Source: Octopus vulgaris (taxonomy: Eukaryota). Taken from it: a stretch of 64,000 bases of DNA. The translations under genes and the position numbers were made by a program. This document shows, piece after piece, positions 23,471-37,000 of the stretch. The first letter of the stretch is position 1; every line of letters starts with the position of its first letter. The stretch is taken from positions 1,302,001 through 1,366,000 of the forward strand of contig OX597832.1 in the NCBI GenBank assembly GCA_951406725.2, written 5' to 3'. A model generated the notes under the pieces. It searched no databases and was not told the origin of the DNA. It saw only the letters and a program-made list of their open reading frames with translations.

Positions 23471-26400
23471 GTTATTATTATTATTATTGCCTTTGCACAG
23501 CTTCTAATGCTGGAGATGTGCTACAGTGTCAGCTGTTTACTACCAGTGAACTAAGGTAACACCTCTTACTTTGCAAGCACCTTTCGGAGTATTCGAGCGG
23601 TTCCAAGTAGTGTTGTTTTCTGCAAGTGCTCCACCCTTATTGCAACCCCTATTTGTTCCACGTACTTCTCGAGATTTTTTCTCATTGTTCCCAGAGCTTC
23701 AACAATTATTGGTATTACTGCTACCTTTCATCGACCACAACTGCTTAACTTTCCAAGTTAACCTATCATACCTCTCGACTTTTCTTTCTTCTTTATCACA
23801 TACCTTGTCAGCTGGGCATGCTATACCTATGATCCAGCATAGTTTGTTTTCTTTCTCAATTAAGACTATGTCCGGCTTCCTATTCTCTATCTCATGGTCA
23901 TACTGAATCATAAAATCCCATAGGATCTTTACATTTCTATTATTAATATTATCATTATTGTTATTATTTATTGTCTTTGCACAGCTTCTAATGCTGGAGA
24001 TTACTATGGTGTCAGCTGTTCCCTACCAGTGAACTAAGGTAACACCCCTTATTTTTCAAGCACCATCTGGAGTATTTGAGCGATTCCAAGCAGTGCTGTT
24101 TTCTGCAAGTGCTCCACCCTTATTGCAGCCCCTATTTGTTCCATGTACTTCTCACGATTTTTAATCACTGTTCCCAGGGCTCCAACAATTATTAGTATTA
24201 CTACCAGCTTTTTCATTGATCCCAACTGCTTAACCTCCCAAGCTAACCTGTCATAACACTCAACTTTTCTTTCTTCCTTATCGCATACCTTGTTGTCAGT
24301 TGGGCATGCTATATCAATGATGCAGCATCGTTTGCTTTCTTTCTCAATTAGCCTTATGTCTGCTTTCCTATTCTCTATCTTATGGTTGCACTGAATCATA
24401 AAATCCCATAGGATCTTTGCATTATCATTTTCAATAATGCCTTCAGGTTTATGTTTGTACCACTCTTTTGCTCTGGCAGGTCTATATTTGTTGCAAAGTG
24501 TCCAATGGACAATCCTTGCTGTATTGTCATGGCATCTTTTATATTCTTTCTGGGCTAGAGGCATACATTGACTGGTAATATGCCATACAGTTTCACCATT
24601 TTGTCCACAAATTCTGCACTTATCCCTTTTTGATGTGTTGTCTATTCTGTATTTGATGTAATTCATTCTTAGCGCTTGTTCTTGAGCAGCACAGATTAGA
24701 GCTTCTATTTCTGGTTTTAAATCACTTTTAGTCATCTATAGCCATCTTTTTTCTCCATCTGTCTTATCTTCAACATTCCTATGAAATTTTCCATGCATTC
24801 TTTTCTTTATCCACCCATTTTCAGTTTCATTCATTCTCAAGTGCTTGTACAGTGAATTATATTTGCAATCTTCCATCCTACCCAAACCTGACCTTCTTAG
24901 TTCCAATATTATCATTATTATTATTATTATTCTATGCTTGACTTTTGGTTTACATTTGTACAAGTTGGCTCCAAGTCTCACCCAGAGACCTCAAGAGACA
25001 ACAAGTTGGAAGTTCATGTTGGTGTTATGCCTAGGGTGCCATATATTTGGTTTTGTACTTACTGTTGTACTAGTGAACGTTTAAGAAACCATAAGAAAAT
25101 TATGTTTGTTTTAAAACTTGAGATTACATAGAAAATATTTTGTGTAGGATATGAGCAGTTCCCATGAGCACTATCTTTTGAATTTCTGCTATTTTTGGGT
25201 TTCCTATTATTATTATTCTGTAGTCTTATTTTTATCATGTGCTTTCACTGCACTACTGAGTACAGCTCTGTGTGCCTTGGGTGTGTCTATGGTTTGTTTT
25301 GTGTGGAGGCACATGGCCTAGTGGTTAGAGCAGCAGACTCACGGTCGAGGGATCGCAGGTTCGAATCTCTGACCGGGTGATGTATGTGTTTATGAGCGAA
25401 GCACCTAAGCTCCGCGCGGCTCCGGCAGATGGTAATGGCAAACTTCTGCTGACTCTTTCGCCGCAACTTTCTCTCACTCTTTCCGCCTGCATCTTGCAGC
25501 TCACCTGTGATGGACTGGCGTCCCGTCCAGGTGGTGAACCTATACGCCAAGGAAACCAGGAAACAAGCCCTTATGAGCCAGGCATAGCTCGAGAAGGAAC
25601 AAAAAAAAAAAAGGTTTGTTTTGGCATTATTTTTGCTGGATTGAAAGTGCTTTAATAGGATGTTTGCAGTGCTTAGTAGTGCTATTTACTGTAGGTTATG
25701 TATATTCGTAAGTCCTGGTGTTTTAGTTATGTATTTATATGCTTTTTAATCATACCTAATGCACCTATTATTATAAGGATTGTTTCTGTTTTTAGGCTCT
25801 ACATTCGAGTTGTCTCTATTTCCAGATCTTTGTATTTTGAGAGTTTCTCTGTTTCCTTTAGAGATACATTGTCATCTGTTGGGATTGATACATTGATTAG
25901 AAAGCAGTTTTTTCTTTGGTGATCTCTGACAATTATGCATATCTAATCTGATAGCCTTGATCTCTCTGTCTATGTTTATTGGCATTGACATTTTCTGAGA
26001 CCTTTTCTAGAATATGCTTATACCATCTTTTTTCTATTGTCATTTCATAGTGTTGGCATTGCTTCCAGTATATATAAGTCCCAACTCTATCATGTCTGTG
26101 GATATATTTCTTCATAGCCAGGACTGGGCAGCCAGAGACAATATGATTTATTATTTTCCCCCCATCATCACATGTTCTGCTGTTACTTATTGTGTTTTTC
26201 TTCATTATGTGTTTCTGGTGGTTTTGAGTGGGGAGGCTTTGATCTTGTGCTGCAATTAAAAATCCTTCCATTTCTGCTTTGAGTCCTGAGCATCTCAACC
26301 ATTGTTGGGATTTTACTTTGTCTATTCCTTTTCTATTTGGCTTATCTTAGTATATGTCATGTAAGGGATTTTTTGCCATCATTTTATGGTATTTTGTTGT

Positions 26401-29400
26401 TCCAGTTTTAGTTTAGATTTCAGTTGCTTTACAGTTTTTGTTGTTTGCCCTTTCTTCATAGTTGTCAAGTACTACAACTTCTTTCTTGTATTTTTTGGCT
26501 TCCTTAAAGACAGAAAACAGTGTTTTGTTTAGCTCATGTTTTGTGGATTTTTGAAACAAATCTCCTTGGTTCTGAGTTAGATATTTCTGTAATCCTATGG
26601 TGGTTATTTTATAGTAGTTTTCTAGGTGCATGAGGCCTCTACCACCTTCAATTCATTGTATATTAACCATTCTATGTCAGATTTTGGTAATCAATCTAAG
26701 TCATCAATCCATGTTATGGTAATCAATCCAAGTCATCCTTAGACCCATCTTTTTCTTTTGGTTGTCTTCAGTTATGGCTTTATTGATCAATAACTCATCA
26801 TATTTAATATCCTATCATTACCAGGAATTTTATTAGTATTTTGATTCTGGATATAGTAAATTTTATCCTAATAGCTAGCTTCATGATAAGGCATAGTTAT
26901 AGTACTTTTCATTTTGTGTAGATACATCCTCATTGACTGAAAGCCTTGAAATATGATTTGATGTACTTTTAATGATAGAATTTATGTGTGTGTGTGTAGA
27001 TGTATATATATTTATATACGAGTGTGTATTAAAATTCTAGTATTTATAGGTTGTGTTTGTATGCATGCAAGCACATGTATACATGGATACCTATATGTGT
27101 GTGTGCTCATATTATACTATATTTGTGTATGTGTGTTGTGTGTGCTGGTTTGTTGGTGTGTATATAGGTATATGAAGTGGAGAACTGAGTCTAAAAATAT
27201 TGGTTGCCAGGAGACTAAGGGGGCCCACCCACAACTACAATGCTATAATTTAATTTTTTTTTTGGAAAAAGTATTCTTTTCAACTGTCTACAGACATAGC
27301 CAGGCTGAAATGACTAATGCATTCTTCCAGGAGTGAATAAAAAGTTCTCAAACTTGAGGAGATGGACTCCTTAGATACTAACATGGGCCCCCATATATGG
27401 AGGGGCCCACTTACCATCAGGCAAGCTGGCAACCTGGCCAGTCTGCCACTGGGTATATGTATGTGTTTTGTGTGTATATGTGTGCATATATATGTATATG
27501 TTTGCATGTGTATATGTGTGTGCATATATATGTGCGTGTGTGTGTGTGTGTATATAGATATGTGCATGTGTGTATATATGTATACATAGGAGCAGGTATG
27601 GCTGTGTAGTAAGAAGCTTGCTTCCCCAACCACATAGTTCTGGATTTAGTCCCAATGTGTTGCCACCTTGGGCAAGTGTTTTCTATAGCCTAGGGACAAC
27701 CAAAGCTTAGTGAGTGGATTTGGTTGATGGAAACTGAAAGAAGCCCATCCCCCACACACACATATATACAACATTATTATCAAGTTAGATAACAGAGAGA
27801 TCTAATGGATTACAAATTAATTTATTAATTACTTAACATATTCACCTACAATTGTTTCATTTCACAAACAAATTTAAAATTACAAAAAATATATAAATAT
27901 ATAATTTTGCATTTTAAATACCTTATATGGAAAATCATCAGGGTGAACAAAGGACAATGAGGATTACATTAGGATACATTTGGAATACTCAGAATAAATA
28001 GACATGTTTATTATGTGTGTATGTATATGTATATGTGCACGCATGCATTAAAATTACTACTTTTATTCAATGAAATAATAATAATCATGAATAGTGGGTT
28101 ATAGTATATAAGAGTAAAGTAATATAATAAATAAAAGAAAGTAAAAGTGAAATAAAATTTATACTCATGTTTGTACACATGTGTGTGTATATGCTTATAT
28201 ATATACATTGTTTTTACTGATATTCCCATACAGTCTGTATGTTTTTCTGGTACTTAATTTCTCAACAAGAATGGAGAAAGTAAACATAGAGTTTTCCCCT
28301 AAAGACATCCCCTTACACGGTAAGGATGAATATATCTGGCTACTTATCCATAGGATTAATGACTTCATTAGAAGAATTAGATGGAAAACTTACCATTTTG
28401 ATGTCAAACGGAATAAGGACCCTCAAGCAAGGAATACTGATAAGAACTATGGGAGAATTTTTAGAAGCAGAAAGAGCCCGCCTCCGAACCCACTCCTGGA
28501 AAATTTCGAAAAAGATCTACTGAATCTTATAGAAGATATTAAATTCAAAGAACACCCGTTAAGATACAACCCTCACCTCAAACATCTCAGAAACTTTGTT
28601 TATTCAACTCGGAATAAACAAGGAATCTTAGTGCCAGCGAATAAAACTGGTAATCTGTATAGAGTAGATTACACTCTTTATAGCAAGCTAATTAAGAAGG
28701 AACTCAACTCCAAATATAAAATTACAACAAAGAATAATTTGAAAAAAATAAACCTAGAAATGAAAGAAATTATGGAAAGATACAATTTAACAGATAGAAC
28801 GGAGCCACTTAAACCGTGTGAACCTAGAATCAACCTTAAGGACCACAAAAGGAATTTCATGGAAAACCCTTCGGTAAGACTTATTTGTCCAACTAAGTCA
28901 GACATTGGCCGGCTTAGTAAATCTATCCTGGATACTGTTCTACTCCAAATAACCCCGATTCTTCCCTTAAGTCTCTGGCTAAATACCAATGAAGTATTAA
29001 AATGGTTTAATTCTCTAACTAATACTAGTAGTCTTTCCTTTATTCAGTTCAACATAAATAATTATTACTCTAGTATTTCCCCCATTTTGCTAAATAAATC
29101 ACTTATATTTGCCATGAATCGCTCTCTCATATCTGGAGAGGAAATCGATATGGTGCTATTAGCTAGAAAAACATTTATAGAATTTGAAGGAAAATTATGG
29201 ACTAGAGCAGATACCCCTAATAATTTCGATATACCCGTGGGTTCTAGTGATTCGGCTGAGGTAACTAATTTGGTAGGTGTGTATCTATTAAAGTGCATAT
29301 AGTGCTATTAGTGCATATAGTGCTATTAGCTAGAAAAACATTTATAGAATTTGAAGGAAAATTATGGACTAGAGCAGATACCCCTAATAATTTTGATATA

Positions 29401-32400
29401 CCCATGGGTTCTAGTGATTCGGCTGAGGTAACTAATTTGGTAGGTGCGTATCTATTAAAGTGCATAAAAAGGGAGATTCCGGAATTACAAGGTGGTCTAT
29501 ACAGAGATGATGCTCTGTTTGTTATTCCTAGTAATAATAAATCTAGCATTGAACGGATTAGAAAGAAAATTAATAGGTTCTTTAAAGATTTCAACCTTAG
29601 CATAACTTATGAACCTGGCACTAAAATAGTCAATTTCCTAGATATTACATTTAGACCTTAACTCTAAGCTGCATTACCCATTTAGAAAGGAAGGTGAAAC
29701 CACGAGATACGTAAATAAATTATCCAATAATCCCCCAAATATAATAAAATCTTTGGTTAGAAATATTTCCTTAAGAATCTCTAAATTATCATCTAATAAT
29801 GATGTATTTAACTCTCATTCTGAGCATTATAATGCGGCGTTATCTAAAGCAGGATACAACCAAAAGATTACCTTTATTGATAAGGAGAGCTTACATATTC
29901 CTAAAAATGGAGGTAACAGTAACCACGTAAACAATAATATAGATCACGCCCGAAATAAAAGTAGAAATAGATTTACGGTGGCAACAAATCTAACGTACAA
30001 GCCTAATCATAAGAATAAAAATATAGACCAGAGCATAGGTAACTCTGATAAAACCAATTTAGATAAATCAAAAAAGCATACAAATAATAGTAATAAATAT
30101 AATAGCACTGGTGAGATTAGTAATAATTCAACTAACCCTAATTCTAATTTAAGAAAATTTAATAAGAAAGATATAATCTGGCTGAATATTCCTTCCAACT
30201 GTGCGATTTTATCGGATATACAAGGCAGATTCAAATTAATTCTAGAAAAAAATTTTCCAGCCTCTCATAAATATCATAGAATAATTTCTAAAAGAACGGT
30301 TAGGATTTCTTATTCAACCCTCCCAAATATGTCCACTATAATAGCTAAGATTAATAATAAAAACATTAAGCTAGCCAGGAATAAGACTAATACCAACATG
30401 AATACCAATAACAATTGCAATAATATTATCAAAAATAAAAATAATAACCACAAAGGTAGCATCAATAACCATGGAATAACTAATAATAATATTAATATTA
30501 ATAGGAATAATAATGATAATAATAGGAGCAATGCTAATAGAGAAAATATCGGGAATGAAGACAACATTGATATCTATAATAGCAATATGCATTCGGATAT
30601 AAATACTAGCAATAATAGTAGCAATACCAATAATGTGAGTAATTATGATATGACTATAGAGCTAAATGATAGTGTTAGCGGATCGATAAATGATAACACA
30701 GCTTTAGATAACAACATTACCTATAATAACGATAATTACACTCATAGTAATCTGAATAGCAACAATATGGGATATCTATCCTTAAATAATTCTACATCTG
30801 ATGATGATCCTCCTAGGTGTAATTGTAGAATTAAGTCAAAATGCCCGGCACCTGGCCTGTGTGGGGTAAATAATGTGATCTATAAATGTACCATAACTAC
30901 TGAGAATAGCAAATTTTTTTTATTTAGGTTGTACTATAAAATTTAAACAAAGAGTTAGCAACCATATCTCTTCATTTAAGTTACGTCATAAAGCTGGTCG
31001 CACCACACTTTCAAGTAAGATCTGGGAACTCAAAAATAATAATATTAAATATAACCTTAATTGGGAAATAGTTAGAAGAGCGATGCCTTATAGAAATAAC
31101 AGGGTAGGTTGCCAACTCTGCTCCATGGAGACATGTGAAATTTTAAGGCATAGAAAAAATAAAAATTTGTTAAATAACCGTATTGATTTAGGTCCATCTT
31201 GTATTCACTCAAAAATTAAGACTTAAATATTTTAAATAAGAATCGTAGAGAATAATCGTATAGAGCTAGGTCTATCTTGTTTTTGCTAAAAAAGCAAAAC
31301 TCTAAAATAATATATATATTTTAAGTAGATATCTGTGAGCTCTTACTGGTGTTCTTTCTTTCTAACTATACCTGTTTTAGAACACAAAGAAACAAATGGT
31401 ATTTGTAAGTTGCCAAAAATTTTAATTGACTATATAGTTAATTTAATTTAATCTAATTTAATTAACCCAACTTAAATCAAATAAATTGCTAATACTTACT
31501 AATTCTATTCTAAGTTTAATAAGTAATGCTACTCCCTTAATAATGACATAAAGATTTTTCACTATGATTTTCACTATATTTTGAATAAACAATACTCTCA
31601 CACCTTTTTCTATAGAAATTAATTGACCTCTAGGTATAAACCTAAAGTCTGTCTTACAATGTATAAACATTTGTATAAATAGAAACATTAATAAATAAAT
31701 AACCTCCTGTTCTAGTGTTGCACTTAAATCTCTTAATGTATTTTCCTCTACTGATAGCTTTTGACCCCTTTGATACTTTCTTTTGTTCTCTTTATATTCT
31801 TATACCTGCCTTTAACTCTGTAGGAGTGGCAGTTAATAGCTGTATGATGGTCAAAAGTAATGTTCTCTTTTATAAATTTTAAATCTCAGATTCCTGCAAC
31901 AATGACCTAGATTTTCTGTCACCACAGAAATAAACTAAACTTTGTAGGTTGTGTACTTACACCCCTTCCTCCCATAATCTCCCATAATGTCCTTATTTGG
32001 GCGGTTTCTGCTTCACTGATTTCTTTTGAGACTTCTTTTAGCCAATATAGTCAATCTCTTCTTCCAACATAGTAGTTTTGTGAAACGAATAGAAGTGTGA
32101 TCAACATCTTCTCATATATCAGGAAATTACATCTACATTATTATGGATACATTCATCTTCTCTGAGTATGAAATATCTCCTCATATCTCCGGAAATTACA
32201 CCTGCATTATTACGGATGGATTTACCTTTTCTGTGAAGCTAACAAACTTTTTTAAAAACCTTTTATAAAACTGTGCATCATTAGAGAACTTTTGAAGTCT
32301 GCTTACAATCTAACTTTGCTTTTCATAGAATTCTCTTCGATACTTCATGAGTGTAGCCTCACCCCCTAGGATGTTTGGAAAACTCATGTGTTTTGGCTGA

Positions 32401-34053
32401 TGAATACGGGACACTTGTATTTGCTGCAATATTTGCAGCTTTTAATAAAGCTGTTCTTCGTATGAAACAATTGTACTGAACAACTAATCCATTCTTGTTG
32501 CTTTTTTCTTTTACATATACAAGTAATATTTCCACTAATAAAAACAAAAAAAGACCGGATTTAGTCCTATGGAACAGAGACCGGAGAATAGGAATTTTAC
32601 TAGAAGTGACAGTACCTTGGGAAGAGAACATCGGCAATGCAGAGGAATGAAAGGAGAAGAGGTACGAAAAGCTAACTGAAGAATGCAGAGAACAGGGATG
32701 GAATGTCGAATATTATCACCTGGCAGTGGGGGCTAGAGGCTTCATTGAAAGGAAAATGACAACGCTTTTCAAAAGAAGATTTGTTTTTTCTAGCTCCGAG
32801 CTGCAAAAACTAATAAGGAGAGTGCAGGAGGTGGTTGAAAAAGTCAGCTTCTATATATGGGTGAAGGAGGAAGACCGAAAATGGCTTGAAAGTCATAATA
32901 TGCCGGCGGGAAATATCGTTAGGTGAGACAAGCTGATACTGAATCAGCTTCGCTGACTGACAGGTGACGGTTGTTTAGAAAATGCACGGGCTAAAACTAC
33001 GTGTTTTTTGTGTCGTCTTCTAAATGTTTCACGTTCTTGTCCCGTTTGTATATTTTTTTACTTTTACATATATACATGGCGGCTACGTACCCCTTTTTTT
33101 ATCCTATACGTAAGTATATACTCTTTATCTCACGAAGATATGGAGGTAAAACAGTAAAATATCACAAGTACAAAGATCATTTGAGAACGTCACGTTTCTA
33201 GATTAGCTGAAATAAAACTCAGCATTTCCTTCGTCAGCTCAACATTTCTTAATTTTGGATTTGAAAGCACTAAAAGAATGAACATACCCGTCCGGCAATG
33301 TATCACCTCAGACGAACACCCTCAAACTGCCAGTACTAGCAAATTCAAAATGTACAAGCGAAGATTCCTGCTTTTTCCTCTTCCACCCACGTGAGTTATC
33401 TAGTAAACATACTATAACGGTGAGAACCGTAGTAACAGAACAGGGAGAAAGGAATTATAATATCAATAATTGAGGGTAAAATTAATTAGTTATTAATCAA
33501 TTTCACCAAGTAGTGTTCAGTATGTAAAAGGACCATTTAAGGCATATTCAAAATATTACATTATATAATTAGGGTTTAGTAAAATAAATTACTTTGCCAC
33601 ATACTGAACTTTCTAGAAATAGCAGCCAAAAAGTTTTTTAGCCATTTCCACTACTTTAAGAAAAAATTCTCCCAGATAATGTTTACTCAAAAATAACTCA
33701 CGAAGATATGGAGGTAAAACAGTAAAATATCACAAGTACAAAGATCATTTGAGAACGTCACGTTTCTAGATTAGCTGAAATAAAACTCAGCATTTCCTTC
33801 GTCAGCTCAACATTTCTTAATTTTGGATTTGAAAGCACTAAAAGAATGAACATACCCGTCCGGCAATGTATCACCTCAGACGAACACCCTCAAACTGCCA
33901 GTACTAGCAAATTCAAAATGTACAAGCGAAGATTCCTGCTTTTTCCTCTTCCACCCACGTGAGTTATCTAGTAAACATACTATAACGGTGAGAACCGTAG
34001 TAACAGAACAGGGAGAAAGGAATTATAATATCAATAATTGAGGGTAAAATTAT

Positions 34054-34092
<39 letters not shown>

Positions 34093-37000
34093 ATTTAAAG
34101 AACGAGAAAAGGTATGAAATGAATTTATTTATTTCATCAGTTGATATCTATTTGATTGTAATCATATGGATAGCAACTGATGAAGTGAATATATTCATCT
34201 AATATGTCTTCTATTTCTGTATATTTTATATACTCCTAATGAAATAATTATTAATAATTGGATTTCAACTGCATTGGACTATACATTACACACCTTTGTA
34301 TTGGCTTACTATGTAGTCTGTAGCCTGATCCACTAAAGGAGCTTTTCTGTGAGTACCACTGGATTATTTAATTCCATATATTGTGCATTAATTTTATATA
34401 TATACACACACATACACATATATATGCATATTTATATGAAATGTTTTTCTAATCCACTTGTAGGTAGGGAAGTTAAAAGATTTCTTTATATATGCTGATA
34501 ACAATATTTTGAAAAGTATTTTATTCTTATTTGCATTGAATATTTAAACATAACTTTGTAGGTTCTACCTTTGGCCATATCTCTAATGGTTTCTTTTGAG
34601 TCATCTATCATGATGTTAGGAATGCCAGCTGAAATTTACACACATGGATTATCCTATGCGATTTCAATGATAGGATTTTCCCTGTCTCAGTTGATTTCAG
34701 CATTTATTTATGCACCGTTCTTCCACAGACTTCAAATTACCAGTGTTTTTGAAGTAAGTATCAACTGCTTTATAATTAAATATTAGTCTAACAAAATAAT
34801 TTCTTACAGTTATTCATAATTATTTTTAACTATAACAATATATTTTGAAAGCAGTTTGAATGTAGTAGTTCTCCAGAAGAGATATGTTTCTATTTTTAAA
34901 TCTGTTTTGTTTCTTCTCTGTCATCAGAGCTGTTCACAGTGAACAAAATAAAATAACGAAGATCTGATTAAAATATTCTTTTTTGTTTTTGCTTTAAACT
35001 TTACATGTGCGACAGTGTAAAAGATTATTTCTAACTGCTATATTTTAGTCTTCATAAATATTGTACAATTGATTTTTCAAAAAATTCGTCTGTTTACATT
35101 ATTTTTAAAATATTTGTTTCATTTTAAATTTTACAGTATTTAGAACTTCGGTTTCAATCCAAATCTGTACGTAATGTTGGAACACTATTAGGAATTCTGA
35201 GTTATGTGAGTAAAACTTAATATAAAATACACTTTGAAATTCAAATGTTAATTTGCAACTAAAATTTTGTAAGTATGATGAATATAGTTAATGAATAGAT
35301 ATTTACATTGTCTTTGGTAACAGAATATTTCTCAATAGTATATTTGATTTTCATCTGAGAAATTCTTTTATATGAGAAAAAATAAATTTAAGGTTGGGGA
35401 ATTATTATGATAACAATAATAAGGATCTCTGAGATGGGCCACAACTTTGTAACTATTTGGGTATAGTTGCTTGGCCTGGACTGTGTACAAGGGGGCACTG
35501 AAAAGTTCCTGGCTTTGGGTAAAAGAAAATACAGTAAGATCAGTTAATTATGATTTTATTCAAGCTGGTGAAAGCTGCACAGGCCATGTACAAAGATGCT
35601 GTCAGTAAGGTGAGAGTTAACCCTGAGTACAACGAAGAATTTGGTGTACAGGTAGGGGTTCATCAAGGCTTAATCCTTAGTCCCCTCCTTTTCATCATTA
35701 TCCTTTAGATCATAACAGAGGAATTCAAGACCAGTAACCCCTGGGAACTACTATACATGTATGCTAATGATCTTACGCTCTTAGCAGATTTCATAGAGCT
35801 AGATGAAAAATTCCAAGTGTAGAAGCAAAACTGGGAATCTAAAGGTTAACTTAGCAAAGACTAAGGTCCTAGTAAGCAAGAAAACTGACAGGACTATGCC
35901 CCACTCAAGTAGGTGGCTCTATTTGATTTGTAGGAAAGGTGTTGGCTGGATCTCCATATGGTGTACCCAGTGTAAGCTATGGACACATAAGAGGTGCAGT
36001 GGGTTAATTGGAAGATTATTAAAGAAGATAATTTTTGTATGTGGAAGATGCACAAGGTCCATAAAAATTTTAGTGACTCAGGAAATTGATTCTCTCAAAT
36101 GCCTTGGTGGCTCATTAGAGATAGTAGATGATTTTTGCTAGTTAGGGGACCAAATTAGCTGTGGGAGAGGATGCATGGAGAGTGTGATAGCTAGAATAAG
36201 AATAGGATGGAGGAAATTCAGAAAGCTGTTAATTCTGTCGGCCACGAAAGCTTTCTCTCTCTGAGTGAAAGGAAGATAGTATGATGCATGTATACAGATA
36301 GCAATTCTACATGGTAGTGAGATGTGAATTCTGAATTCAGAGGATGTGTAATGTGAGTGTTCATGTTTGACAAAATGCTAATGTTCTGAGAGAGAAGTTA
36401 GGCATAAAGAGGAATTATGCAAGAAAGAAAACTGCACTGGTTTGGTCATGTGATGCAGATAGGCGACAGCTCCATAAAAAAGTGCCGACCTCTCAAAATG
36501 GATGGAACATGTGGAAGTAGGAGACTCAGGGAGACATGGTATGTTGAATCTTTCAGGTGAGATGACAAACGACTGAGATGTCTGGCACCTTGCCATACTT
36601 AAGAAGACCTGTACTCTGCAGCAGAAGTGTTAAGACCAATCCTTCTGGCAGTGTAAAGCACTTGTGGTGGTGTCATGTTAAAGTGCTCATGTGGTGCCAC
36701 ATAAAAGTGCCCGTGTGGTGTCAAGTAAAAGTGCCTGCATATTGCCATGTAAAAGCACCCATGCGGTGTCATGTAAAGGTGCCTGTGTTGTGCCACATAA
36801 AAGTGCCCATGTGGTACCACCTAAAAGCACCCAGCACACTCTGTAAAATAGTTGGTGTTGGGTAGAGCATCCAGCCATAGAAACCGTGCCAAATCAAACT
36901 GGAGTCTGGTGCAGCTTGCCAGCTCTGGTCACACCATCCAACCCATGTCAGCATGGACAATGGACGGTAAATGATGATGATGATGATGATGATGTTCCCT

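Noticed and set aside
29753-30946. 397-aa Asn-rich ORF as an independent host gene
   Set aside because: It is the frameshift-separated middle of the PLE polyprotein, continuous with the RT upstream and the GIY-YIG downstream.
31740-31860. CTTTTGACC..GGTCAAAAG stem as a SECIS or ribozyme
   Set aside because: No in-frame UGA at conserved Cys positions in the ORF, and no clear SECIS quartet or hammerhead core.
36655-36830. Regular repeats as a CRISPR-like array (also 52805-53130)
   Set aside because: Head-to-tail degenerate units without unique spacers, eukaryotic context and no cas genes.
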